Part shown: one piece after another, positions 28,901 to 39,962 of the stretch
Position numbering within the stretch: position 1 is the stretch's first letter
Layout of the letters: each line of letters opens with the position of its first letter
NCBI RefSeq assembly: GCF_964204645.1
Contig: NW_027437472.1
Coordinates: 1-64,000 of the forward strand
From: Tubulanus polymorphus
Taxonomy: Eukaryota > Animalia > Nemertea
Reading direction: 5' to 3'
DNA: 64,000 nucleotides
Translations under genes and position numbers: made by a program
The notes under the pieces: generated by a model
Database searches by the model: none
What the model was told of the DNA's origin: nothing
What the model saw: the letters and a program-made list of their open reading frames with translations, nothing else

Positions 28901-29776
28901 GTGGGAACCAGGATATATTATCTAACCACAGTCATTTACAAAATTGTAGCTGATGTGAGGTTCTATGATTTTAGTGAGTTTCAACGTCAGTGATTACTGT
29001 ATTCCTTCACCAGGGGTAGGGGAATATTGAAATATTGTCAGATAGTCAAGCATTTCACCTAGTGGACATTGTTTCCCTGGACACCTAGGAACAAATGTCG
29101 AAGAATCTTGAGTAAAAACATAAAACTAATTTATTTCTATTCTAGGAATTGGAAGAGGTGCTGGAAAATTTGCCGGTCGTCAGGCCCCTCCCCCACCATC
29201 TTCAGCCCCACAGCCACCAACCTCATGGCGACCTGGTAAGATCATAGATTCTTGTCACCTTGGTGATACGAAAATTGAGCTGTAGCAAAGAATTACTGCT
29301 AAAATTTAATTCTACTGCAATATTTAGAATTTTGTGTTATGTTTTAGGACAAATGCTGACTCGTCCTGGAGCCGGAGCGTCTGGTAAGTGTCTGGTGTTA
29401 TTTTCTATATACCACATCAGTGTAAGACTCATGTAGGCAAGGTTTACTTCATCAATTGCTTTATTTGCTTTTCTAGTGCCTCGTGGAATTGGCCGGGGAT
29501 CTTGGAATATGTCGCGGATGTCAACGCCAAGTTTATCCGCCCAACAACCTAATATCTTACCGGCGAACGCCAATGGTACGTGCTTCATGACATGGAAAAA
29601 CAGCTCCAGTTTTTGGCCATTGGTCGTGAAAAGATTATTGAGCACCCATTTAATGTCTGAATATTGTCATTCCAGATTCCTTCTTCGTTTCAATAGTTAA
29701 ACTATATCAGAATTTTAAATTCAGTTTCTTCATTTTAGATACAGCTGAGAAAATGGCGTCTTTGAATCTAAAGTGA
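22917..29776 (+). CDS. mael: Protein maelstrom homolog (N-terminal HMG box, MAEL RNase-H-like domain, long low-complexity C-terminal tail); 16 coding exons, about 572 aa
   Basis: Hand-spliced GT-AG exons with consistent phases: 22917-23048, 23691-23807, 23920-24004, 24647-24793, 25458-25499, 25752-25885, 26270-26472, 26994-27056, 27147-27243, 27651-27809, 28173-28257, 28353-28544, 29146-29235, 29348-29383, 29477-29575, 29739-29776 (total 1719 nt, ends TGA). The translation has an HMG-like MPKKQVRNSFYYYM...WKALPEHEKEKYEQKA and MAEL hallmarks YLPCEIGLVQYS, GIPLGYRF, ETHKIP, CQWHEE...YCA, AYGFSD...THLP (conserved E/H/H/C residues). Confidence 0.93.
23115..23370. promoter_or_regulatory. Promoter-type motifs in mael intron 1
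   Basis: ACTTCCGG (ETS-like, 23119-23126), palindrome TCTCGCGAGA (23138-23147) and TGCGCATGCA (NRF1-like, about 23358-23367). Confidence 0.35.
25120..25272 (+). mobile_element. 5'-truncated LINE 3' end (L2/CR1-like) in mael intron 4
   Basis: Translates as LPISIRASDSLAIFRRRLKTHLFS*, typical of an L2/CR1-clade ORF2 C-terminus. It is followed by a short 3' UTR ending GCACTATAAAT and an (AAT)n tail. Confidence 0.75.
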
Positions 29777-30851
29777 AATTGAACTTCAAATATTATATAA
29801 TTAAACATAAAAACTCTGTAATCAGATGTGCTTAATGTTTCGCCCAGAAGAGTCGATTTATTCATTTTGTTTATTCGGATTATGTTGTAAAAGGACACAT
29901 GTATCAATGCGATGTTTTTGTAATAAGATCAATTTATTTTTTCTGAAGAATATAAGTTATACCTCCAATCTAGAGAAATTGTTCCTTTCATAACCATTGC
30001 GTCGACAGAGTAGCTCAAACTCATTGAAGTTGTAATATATGTACATGTATTTGGGATGACGGTTTGATGTTTTATGCTTAGCGAAGGAATGAGGATTCAA
30101 AAGAAGTCAAACAGTAAATTGAAAAGAACTTGTTGGTCGATAGGAAGTTCTCTGTATATGAAATGTTCAATAATATTGAAACCCTACATACCGCCAATCC
30201 TGCCTTATTCCAGGACTGGATTTTTCCTGCCTTATTCCAGGATTATTCTAAGAATGAAACGTCAGGCTGGAACTGTTTGAACTGAAATACACACAAAGCA
30301 CCACCACTCTCCATACGACCAAAACCCTTAATCACTGATGTGGGTGGTATATCGGGGGTTGACTAATCATCAATTATTGAGTTTTCCTCCTCGGTACCAC
30401 CGTTCACATTTCTGTACTCAAACATGGTTAGTAGTCAAGTCTATTAATGCTACTTCAGCGCTACCTTTTGGCAAAACCTGAGGGCCCTAATTTGTGCTTA
30501 CTTTTTCACAAAAAAGTGATACTTTTCTGGATATTTGTCACATCATTTGATTTTGTGGATACACAATGTTGATTAAATAATCAAGAGCCAAGCAATTGAA
30601 AGGGTTTTCTTTAGGGCTTAAGCCTTACCACTACAAACAGATCCTAACAATGGGGACATGAGCAAAAGTTGGCAGGTCTCAACCCTAGAGAAGTAATTTC
30701 AAGACGGATTATGCAATAATATTGAGTATATTTCATATACGAAGCATACATGAGCTCTTTATATGTGAACATTAAGGTAATCGATTTTATACATAAATCT
30801 ACATTGGAACCTTTAATATTCATGAAATTAATTTCAACCTTGATTAATCAT

Positions 30852-33044
30852 TTAGTCCCGAATACAATCATCGTTATCATCATCATCGTCACTGCTATCT
30901 CCAAAAGTATCTTGTGTCAACCCCTGTGAACGAGCGGCGGCCATTGCGGCGATATTCGCCGTAAATGCAAACGAAGCACCACCGCCGGCGCCGATCCGGT
31001 CGACGAGACTACCGCGAGCCGGATCGGGAAGCGTTATCTCGTGTTTATTATCTCCGCGATCGGACCACACGTACTCCCCGGTCGTTTCATCGATCTCGTC
31101 GTCGCTATATTCCCAATCTTTAGGTTTATACTTCGTTCGATCTTCCACGCCGGTCTCCATTAATGCCGAGTCACTTTCCAAGACTTCGCCGTTTTCGATT
31201 TTTCGCGAATCGCTAATAGTCTTCAGCAGATCGTTCTTATCTTCATTATCGTCATTTCCACCGCTTCCGTTTACCTCGTCTAAACCGACGCGTTTACGCC
31301 AGACGTCCAACGCTTTCTGTTCGCGCTCTAAAAGTTCGTTTGCCCTCGGCGAAATAACGCACTTCAGTTCTTTCAAAACGCGAACGGCCTCGGTTCGTTC
31401 TTTTTTCTTCGCCAACTCTAACTCCCACGAGACCACGTCGGTGAATTCGCCGTTTTCAAGCGGCCGTACGTGCGATTTACCGTCGGTGATCAGTTCGAAC
31501 ATTTCGTCTTCGATTACAGGATCGCCCATATCGAATATCGGAACTGGTACCTGTTCACAAGTGCTCGGAACGATCACGGCTGGTTGTTCGACGAGTTTTT
31601 CCACCTCACGAGGGTGAAATCGTTTTTTGATGCGATTCTCCCCTTCTTCCCAACAATTCGCGCTCGATTCTAACTCGCGTTTGATCAGTTCATACTCCCC
31701 GAGCATCGTTCGTTCGTCGTCGGCGAAATTGACGATTTCGCTATCGAAGTCTCGCACGCGTTTCAAAGCGCCTAAAAGATGCAACTCTAAACTGTGTACG
31801 GCCACCCGAACGGCTTCCATCGGCGCGTCACCTTCGTCGACGACAACACTCTTCTTCGGTAGCGTCGGCGATGTTTTCGGTTCCAAGACGGCGCATTTAT
31901 GAAAATTATAGCTACGCTTCATCGAATCTCGAGCCGGCAACGTGACGGCCAATAACGCGCTTATGCTTGTCGTAACCGCGTCGATTTCAACGCAAGACAA
32001 CGGTGCATGTTGCGACCGTGCGTCGACGACGAAGCTCATCGCGAGTCGACGCACGAACTCCGAACACTGAATCAAACACACGTGATACATAGCTTTGATC
32101 GCCGGCATCGAGTAATCGTCAGTCGAATCATCGAAGCGGCCGTCGAAATCAGGCCGTAAACATTCGCCGTAGTCGTCTAAAGGAATCTCGCAGATATACT
32201 GCGAAACGTTATCCAGTTCCGGTAATAGAGCGACGTTTCGCACGATGTCGCGCGTCTGTTTACGATGCGCTAGCACGCACTCGCGCGTGTTTACGAACAC
32301 GGCCTCGCGCAGTTGCGGGCATTGACGACACGCGCGGCCGCGAACGACGCTTTCGAGTCGCGCGACCGGCGATTTCGCCGTGACAAGTGTGTAACCGCGC
32401 GCGATCAGTTCCGACTCCTGCACGAGTCGCAGCGAACGCTTCATGTCGTACAGCAGTTCTTCCATCGCGTCGATGTAAAGCGAGATACATGCGAAACGGC
32501 CTCCATTCGCAGCCCGCGAACGACGACGCGTGACGAAAATCGTCGGACATATTATCAAAAGCGCCGTTACAAGCCAATATGAGTATAAATAAGCGCACGA
32601 TTGCCCGAGAAACACATTTTGGACAACGGACGCGAGAACCAATACAATTACGATCATTATAAATCTACGCCTGAGAGATAATTTCGGTTTTGAAATCAAC
32701 GGTTTATTCGAATTATCGTCGCCTTCTAAGAATCGCTCTAACATAACGTAATCATCTTCTAAAAGTATCTTACTATCGCGTAATTTTACAGCCGTTGACT
32801 TCTCTTCGTGAAGAGCGACATCTTCACCGCCGCCTGGAAATACGACGGAAACTACAGCGGCCTTCACTTTATTCACCACGCGCGAACACAATTCCGAATA
32901 GCGCGATTCCAATCGCGAAGTTTCAACCGCGCTTACGACTTTTTCTTTCTCAACCGGCCGAATATCGAAGTCGGAAAACCCGATATCTTTCAAATGCTCG
33001 TAAAGCGGCGAATTCGCGAAAACGACGTCCTCGTCGTCGGCCAT
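30852..33044 (-). CDS. vezt: Vezatin homolog (adherens junction / myosin VII-binding membrane protein), 730 aa, single coding exon
   Basis: Uninterrupted 730-codon ORF. The N-terminus DEDVVFANSPLYEHLKDIG matches the vezatin start motif (EEVVFENSPLYQYLQDLG-type). It has two hydrophobic segments, a vezatin-domain core RSLRLVQESELIARGYTLV, and a C-terminal AAMAAARS...QDTFGD motif. Confidence 0.9.
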   Translation of the reverse strand: MADDEDVVFANSPLYEHLKDIGFSDFDIRPVEKEKVVSAVETSRLESRYSELCSRVVNKVKAAVVSVVFPGGGEDVALHEEKSTAVKLRDSKILLEDDYVMLERFLEGDDNSNKPLISKPKLSLRRRFIMIVIVLVLASVVQNVFLGQSCAYLYSYWLVTALLIICPTIFVTRRRSRAANGGRFACISLYIDAMEELLYDMKRSLRLVQESELIARGYTLVTAKSPVARLESVVRGRACRQCPQLREAVFVNTRECVLAHRKQTRDIVRNVALLPELDNVSQYICEIPLDDYGECLRPDFDGRFDDSTDDYSMPAIKAMYHVCLIQCSEFVRRLAMSFVVDARSQHAPLSCVEIDAVTTSISALLAVTLPARDSMKRSYNFHKCAVLEPKTSPTLPKKSVVVDEGDAPMEAVRVAVHSLELHLLGALKRVRDFDSEIVNFADDERTMLGEYELIKRELESSANCWEEGENRIKKRFHPREVEKLVEQPAVIVPSTCEQVPVPIFDMGDPVIEDEMFELITDGKSHVRPLENGEFTDVVSWELELAKKKERTEAVRVLKELKCVISPRANELLEREQKALDVWRKRVGLDEVNGSGGNDDNEDKNDLLKTISDSRKIENGEVLESDSALMETGVEDRTKYKPKDWEYSDDEIDETTGEYVWSDRGDNKHEITLPDPARGSLVDRIGAGGGASFAFTANIAAMAAARSQGLTQDTFGDSSDDDDDNDDCIRD

Positions 33045-33279
33045 ATCGAAAATGATCTAAATCTATCCTAAATCGATTCCATTACGAGAATATACATCGT
33101 TCAGGAATACAAAAACATTTATAACAATTATTCCTCGATCTATAGAATTCCTTTCGGGATTATGAATGAGATATAGTCAGCCGTCGCGCCCCACGAAGCT
33201 CTATGCAGCTGGAATATCGAAACCCACGTTGTTATGATAGCGATCCAAATACAAGTCCCGATCATCGAACGTATCACAT

Positions 33280-34752
33280 CTGAAAAAAAAAACAAATAAT
33301 CTACTATCATTTCTCAGCTACATGCACACAGGACAATGCTTAATTGTCTGCTTTTATACGGCAGTTTTCACTCAAAACTGTGGTAACATTTTGAGACTGA
33401 TCATCCAGTTTACATCAGACGCAAGTTGCACTGGCGAGATTTAAATAAAAAATCGGTCTTAAGTTGTATGACTGGTAGTGACGTATTTAGATTAGTTATG
33501 GAACTAAGAACTAGAAACTAGGGCTTCGACTGGTTCTAAAATCTCAGCCTCGAATATGCAAATGGCCGAGAGTAAGAGTTAACTTTGAAATTGGCCATGA
33601 ACTCAGTTCGACAGTTCTGAGCGTTAACTCAGTAGAGGCACTGGGGCCGAGTCACTTGTCACGATGTCAACCCAGAGTTCAAGGGTTCGAGCCCGTTCAG
33701 GTTTAGTTTCTGAAACGTCTTGATTGAAAAATTGTTTTTAGCACTTTATCGATGATCTATCTGATCCTTACAGGTTTTAATCTCTGCTTGTTGTTCAAAC
33801 GGCGGGCGCCTGAAAGCCTCGCGGAAAAACCACACCGAGTTGACGAACCATAGGAACGGCAACAACGCAAATCCTCCTAAAAACACAATAAGAAGAAAAC
33901 CTATGAAAATATTCACACCAATTTTTCAAGCTTGACGTCTCTTTTTTCCAAGCGTTTAGTCACAAGCGTACATAGCAAATATATTTTAAGGAATGGGTAA
34001 AGGTCAGATTACATCAAGTCCCACAAAAATTACACAACAGGAGTAAGTCAGTTATGGCACAGGCGATGTCAGCTGTTATTTCGTAACTTCAGCTAAGCAT
34101 TACGGAGATAGATAGGATGGTTTCCTGGCTTTCTGTGTAGTGTAGATAGATGCGGGGTGCACATTGGATCATGGGTCAATTTGTTTTTGTATCTTCACTG
34201 ATTTCATAGGCAGATGGCAGATGATGGAGAACAAGAATACATGTCGCTATCGATCATTTTTTCATAATAGAAGCCCATATTCAAGTGATGTGATAGTCTA
34301 AGTATCTAACCGTTGTTGTTCCCCTAACACCACCTAGGGCGAAATTGCATAAGCTTCATTTTCGTCCTCCACTTTGAATGAAAAGCTTTGAGCATCTATT
34401 TCAGCCCTTAATACATCAAGCCACATCAAACTGACTGTTCTGTAATCCAATGGACGTTTACTGTAGTTTTGGCATAAATTTATAATCTTAGGTAATTATT
34501 AGTATTTTTAGTAACTCTGAGCATTCGACTATTCACCAAAAAAAACAACATACCGGTAAGCGTCAGACACTGTTATTAGGGACTGCAACATCATCTGGTA
34601 TTCAGACTAGTGACTGAGGTTATGGCGATTGGGGTTTAGCAACGTAAATATAGCAACTGCCACTACACCGGTAATTCATAATACAAACTTCCCTCTACTC
34701 GAATTAGCAAATGGTGCATTCAATTTTTTCATTCAAGTCGGGCCTGACTTAC
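33280..34752 (-). other. Putative 5'-UTR intron of vezatin
   Basis: Minus-strand acceptor (long T tract + CAG) at 33280-33293, about 235 nt upstream of the ATG. The nearest strong donor is TGG|GTAAGT at 34747-34752. The pairing of the two is a guess. Confidence 0.35.
33620..33705 (+). mobile_element. tRNA-derived SINE head (degenerate)
   Basis: A-box-like TAACTCAGTAG and B-box GGTTCGAGCCC; no tRNA cloverleaf. Similar isolated B boxes occur at about 24185 (minus strand) and 45190. Confidence 0.45.
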
Positions 34753-35633
34753 CCAGGTAGTATTTTCGGCAAAGGTCCAATTTGTCTGTATCTTTTACTT
34801 TACGAAGATCCATTTTTTCCCCTATGAAATAAATTGCTAAAAGGTTCAGATCTACGATTTTAGTTATCAGCAGTCGTAATTGCAAAACCAAATGATCGAA
34901 GAATCATCAATCAGGGATGGTTTAGTCAGTAATTTGCAGGTAGATTCAAGCAATACGGAGATGGGAGCGTTTCCTGCCTTTCTGTATAAATCAACGAGTG
35001 GGCGCGTGTTGCATGAACCATATAGGAAAAACTTGGCGTTCAGAAAGCAACACAACAGGTCAACTAACATCATTTCAGCCGCTGAGTGACGTCGTTCGTA
35101 AAAATTGGTTCAGAATTACCGGTCGAAAGTACCGTTTGTTTTCAAAAATCATGGTCTTACTTCCAGGCTGGTGCAGTACAGGTGGACTTTTGCCGATTTT
35201 TTTCGATCAATCGCACGATTTAGCGATCTTAAAGGCATTCAAATCTTTCTCAAGCTACTCGGTCTAGCGCAGAAATTTCGTTATCATCACTTTTTAGAGT
35301 TATCTTACTCGAAGGCCTGGACTACTAATGAACTTACGAACTGTTGATATGACATACGTATGCCAAACTCCTTCTTGATATGTATACATATCAAGGAGTT
35401 TGGCTCCCTCGCTTATTATAAAGCGCAAGGCCACTGATATATTGGGGTCAAAAACTTTTTTGTGTCAGGCCGTCAGGCCTGTGGAAAGCCCATCCTTCTA
35501 GGCCCTAGAGTAGAGGCTAATATAGTTAGTAAATTGTCTGTGGTATAATAGTTTCACGATTGGATATTTTCACAAATCACAAGCATCCGTTGTGTCATGT
35601 GTATAATAGCTTACCACCAACAGTTCAAAACTG

Positions 35634-36301
35634 TATGGAAGCCCTGAGACGACATCTTGGGTTCCCCAGTTCATAACTTCCTGAGTTTATGAGATTTCGA
35701 GTTTATTTGGGCATGCACGACTCTATGAAATTATGCGACATAAAGAATCCTATCATATAAGGATGTTAAATCCTTTTACGTCATGAATTAACTACACAGA
35801 TAATGTCCCGCATCACCTAGACTGGTTGACTGTGTCCAATTCTGCACTGGCAGTCAACTGAAGGTCGACCGGCAACCAGTCTATCATCAGCCATCAGCTT
35901 TCTTGATGGTTTATAGAAAATTAATAGATGTTTGAAAATATCTAAATGAGCGTTTGTTATCTTTTTAATCATTAAAAACCCGAGCAGACACATCGAGAGT
36001 CATCGGTTAATCGGAGTCACCCTCCCCACTAGCCTGCGCACAGAAAATCGGAGCCACCCGAGCTGCCTGCCAGAAGCAGAATGGAGGCGCCCTTCTCCCA
36101 TTAATAGCTGGTTATTCAGTGTAGTCTTAGCCTGAGACGATGGTCTTTCATTATAGAACATCGTGTTTACGTTCGATGTTTCAGTAGGCCTATCGTAGGC
36201 TTTTTGTCATTAAACGAACTCACGAACTCATGAACTTGAGAACTCAGGATGTTATGAACTCGGAACTCATTAACTCAAGATGTCGTCTCAGGGCTTCCAT
36301 A
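35634..36301. mobile_element. Non-autonomous DNA transposon (MITE-like) with long terminal inverted repeats
   Basis: The left end TATGGAAGCCCTGAGACGACATCTTGGGTT is the reverse complement of the right end AACTCAAGATGTCGTCTCAGGGCTTCCATA (one mismatch). Inverted similarity extends inward. AAACTG flanks both ends (possible target-site duplication). Confidence 0.8.
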
Positions 36302-36548
36302 AAACTGACTAACTCTACCTTTTATTTATTAATTAGTGTAGTAAGTTAGAGACACAGTGTAACTATAAGAAAGCTAACAAAGCTGCCCGCGCTTCGGCCT
36401 TCGCACCGGATAAAATGCTATTTTTTCATTGCCAATATCGCGATGTTACAAAAAAATCTAGCTTTTAATACTTGCAAAATTCTTGTAGCCTATCTATGAG
36501 GAAGTAGAGTATGATGGGCCAGTATGATGCCTTCGAATGATGTCTGTC

Positions 36549-37455
36549 TGCAGAGTTTCCAGAACCTGTCATGTCAGGTCTCAAGACCTGACATGACAGG
36601 TCTTACCTATCATGTCAGGTCTCGAAAAAACCCAAACTCACAACAATGTATGACGAAACGGCGAATTATCTAGGCATGTGCTAGACGAATGGAAGAACAT
36701 TTTGAGTTGAATGAATATTCTGATCCGTCGTAAATATCGAAAATGATTCAACAATAACGATAAGGAAAATGTTCTGACTAATAATTCATTTGAAAGGTTG
36801 ATTTATAAGAAGAAAATATTATGTGTTAAATAAGTATGTAAGTTTCAGGCATAGATGAACTAATTAATGTAGGCTAGAAGTAAGAGAATATTTTCGATAG
36901 CTGAATCGAGGTCTTCGTTTCCGCAATAAGACACTGAAAAATATCTGCTCACTATCACAGTTCGCCGGCATCACTCCTCACTGTCCTGAAGTCTCACTAT
37001 TTATATTATGATGAACATGTAAAAGAGCCAAATGCAATATAGAGACTGATTTTTTATTGACACTGATTTTAAATCAACTCGTCAATTTAAAGCAAAATTT
37101 AAAGCAAAAAGTTTTTTTTCTTATATCATTTTTAATGCAGACCTGTCAGTACAGGTCGCGAGAAATTCTGCAAAATGGCGCGAGCTGCCGTGTGAGGTCT
37201 CGCTTCAAAATTATTGTTTTGTACCTTACTTAAGATTTAATCTATCTATGGTAAGCCATTGATATTATACTCATTACTATAATGAGACCAAAAATAATTA
37301 AAGTTTTCCTTCATTTCATCAGTTTAATAATGCAGACCTGTCACCACCACAGGTCTCGAGAAGCTCTGCACAATGGCGCGAGCTGCCGTGTGAGGTCTCG
37401 TTCAAAATTATTGTTTTAAAGTAACTTAAGATTAACTATATCCATGGTAAGAAAT
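36549..37455. repeat. Perfect hairpin plus two 195-bp tandem units built from a shared GACCTGTCA / CAGGTCTCG motif
   Basis: 17-bp perfect stem at 36564-36601 (loop TCAA). Units starting TGCAGACCTGTCA at 37136 and 37331 both contain AATGGCGCGAGCTGCCGTGTGAGGTCTCG. Confidence 0.7.
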
Positions 37456-37937
37456 TTATTTTTATGGCCTTATTAAAGTTCCACCATATTGTTCAGCTGG
37501 CTACTGGTGTGTATTCAACCCATTCAACCCGGCAGTAGAACCTTTTCATTCGACTTCTTTACGCTCTCAATGTAAATCCATTCAACAATAGAGACACAAG
37601 ACACAATTGCGGCTATTCCGAGTTGTTCATATCATTTATTCGGCTATTGAATACGTCACCGGCTTACCACGGTGTACACAAGCATAGCCCATTCACCTCT
37701 GCACACTCACACTATGCTACCGTGGATTCTCCTCCTGGCGATTTTCGCTGCGCTCTCGTTCCTGCTCCTGTTCTTGCTTCCTGAGGAACGACGTCTTTAT
37801 GTTTTATGTGTTACTGTTCGTCTCCATGCTGTCCTGTACTGTTCCGTGTTTATTAATCCGTTCTATTTTTCAGCAATTAACCCGTTTTATTTTTCAGGGC
37901 CGATTTCTCTGTCGAATTTCAACGTTTGCTGGAACAA

Positions 37938-38100
37938 AACTAATGTCCGAAAGCGTCAGCTCTCCTTCGCTGGTCATGTGTCGAGGATGTCAGACAAAGA
38001 GTCGATCAGGAAATTCTGCCCTCTACACGCCCTCATACGGAACACAAAAACCAGGACGACGAGGCCTCACTGCCCCCACCTGTCTACAAAGTGTGCTGAG
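37938..38100 (+). mobile_element. Degenerate RTE-like LINE ORF2 C-terminal fragment
   Basis: VRKRQLSFAGHVSRM, then in a shifted frame LYTPSYGTQKPGR. This resembles the ..RRL.FAGH..R / P..G.R..GRP tail of RTE-clade reverse transcriptases. Confidence 0.6.
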
Positions 38101-38179
38101 TGATGTCAATGACGGGCATATCTGTGGGATTGCGCGGGATACAAATGGAGTGGTTATACTGGATTGTCACGCCACTAGC

Positions 38180-38440
38180 ATTCATTGGTCCTTGTGACCA
38201 CTCGGATGAGGGATGATTCTACTGTCACGCCCTTTGTTTCTGGTATTCTGAGTCGGCTGAGGGATGATTCTACTGTCACGCCCTTTGATTTCTAGTTTGA
38301 GTGCTAGTTTTCATTGTGTCCTTGTGACAACCTCGAGCAGAGATGAAGTCTCTTGTCGGCTTGTGAGTGCTAGTTTCATTGAGTCCTTGTGACTACCTCG
38401 GTCAGTGGATGAAGTCTCTTGTCACGCCTTTGAGTGCTAG
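38180..38440. repeat. Minisatellite-like tandem repeats (about 50-70 bp units)
   Basis: GAGGGATGATTCTACTGTCACGCCCTTTG occurs twice; TGAGTGCTAGTT three times; TCCTTGTGAC three times; GATGAAGTCTCTTGTC twice. Confidence 0.7.
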
Positions 38441-39769
38441 TTGAGATCCTGAATCTCAACCCGGTCAAGCTGGTTGTACTGCGCTATTTGTGTTTCGAGC
38501 AATTTTACAGGTGTGTCAGTTACTGACGTCGCCCAGTACATCCTGCAGTTAGATGGGGAATGTGAGGCGTTGTCATTCTGGTTTTCGTGTTCTGAATGAG
38601 GGCATGTAGAGGGCAGTATATTCCTGGCTGGCTCATTGTCTGGTGTTCTCGGCGTGTGACCGGCGACGGAGAGCTGAAAAGCTTTCGAACATTAGTTTTG
38701 TTCCGTACCAGGTTTTCATCGGTCTTCTTTTTTTTTTTTCATTTCAGGACTCCCAAGAAGTTGAAGAAAAAGATGCTAGAAGGCGACTACAGAAGATGCC
38801 GAAAAAAATACTGAACTCGGCAATCTTGAAAGTTTAGTTGATACCCATGTAAATTAGGATTAATGATGAAGAAATGTGTGACTACAAAATATTTTTCTTT
38901 TTCTCAATTTCAGCTTCGACGAAACCCAAGAAGACAAAGAAGTACTTCGATTTTGAAAAAAGATTAAGTAAAATCGATCGACGATCACACAACTATATCT
39001 GTACTTCGATTTCGAAAAAAAGAATTAGACAAAATTATCTTCCACCTTGTAAACTTTTGGACTACATGAAAAAAAAGACCAAATATTGTAAAATTATCGA
39101 AAAAAAAATTATGTAAAATCGACCGACGATCACACAACTATATCTGTACTTCGATTCCCGCCTGTTTCGCTCCTGGCAGGTGTGTCACGATCGTAAGGGA
39201 CACCAACTCAAAAAGTCGAACGAGAGCTCATCAACTAAGATCTGCCGATTAGAGAACAGTGCACAGAAGGGGCCAATTTGGATGAAACTCAACCAACCAA
39301 CTTAGGAGATCCTCCGATAATGAACCCAGCCATCATAAAAGGTGATTTGATATTTGATACGAACTTAGAACATTTTAACCGATACTGAACCCAGCAAACT
39401 TGAAATTTTAGTTGATTTTTGGGGAATCGTAGGTTTGCCTATGCAAATGGTCTGGAGAAGCAGTTTTCATTGAAAATTAATAGAGTACCGGTGTGTCAAC
39501 AAGGCACAAACATTGGCTGTTGAACCAATAGTGTTGATTTATAAAAACCCTGCTTTTTAGCACTGAGTAATGGCACGTTTTCATATATGAGAATTTGCAT
39601 ATTTGGAATTGAAATATATAAAAGTTCAATCCTTCGTGGAAGTGTTGCCGTTTTTTGTGCGACTCATCTCGATGTACTTTTCGACCTACGGGTCCTCACT
39701 TTATAAACCCCCTAAATTTTCTCGCTTCTATTTATCTGAGTTGACCTCATCACCTGAGCTACATTGAAT

Positions 39770-39875
39770 GTGATTGGCTGTTTGTTGGATATACGGGGAA
39801 TTCCGGGAACTTCTGATGTAATTGGGAAAGCCCATTGGGAAAACCCAATGTGGAACCCAAAACAAAATGGCGAGC
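39770..39875 (+). promoter_or_regulatory. Cluster of kB-like, STAT (GAS), CCAAT and YY1-like motifs; candidate promoter
   Basis: GGGGAATTCC (39795-39804) overlaps TTCCGGGAA (39801-39809). Also present are GGGAAAGCCC (39824-39833), GGGAAAACCC (39837-39846), several ATTGG/CCAAT and CAAAATGGCG (39863-39872). A donor-like GTATGT follows at about 39896. Confidence 0.45.
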
Positions 39876-39962
39876 ATTTCATTCCACTAGATATCGTATG
39901 TTCACTTATAATTTGTTCGGTGTTACGAATATAACCGAGTAGGCTATTCTAGGTATATTATC

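Noticed and set aside
29676-29738. Upstream in-frame alternative acceptor for the last mael exon
   Set aside because: The frame is open, but the sequence is the polypyrimidine tract of the stronger acceptor at 29737-29738; there is no evidence of use.
31470-33071. Overlapping and antisense ORFs inside vezatin
   Set aside because: Shadow ORFs expected from the GC-rich, stop-poor CDS on the opposite strand or in another frame.
33620-33705. Possible tRNA gene
   Set aside because: A and B boxes are present but there is no acceptor stem or cloverleaf; treated as a SINE head.
37672-38197. 143-aa and 132-aa ORFs, one with a hydrophobic N-terminus
   Set aside because: Composite of low-complexity pyrimidine-rich sequence and a frameshifted LINE fragment; no coherent protein.
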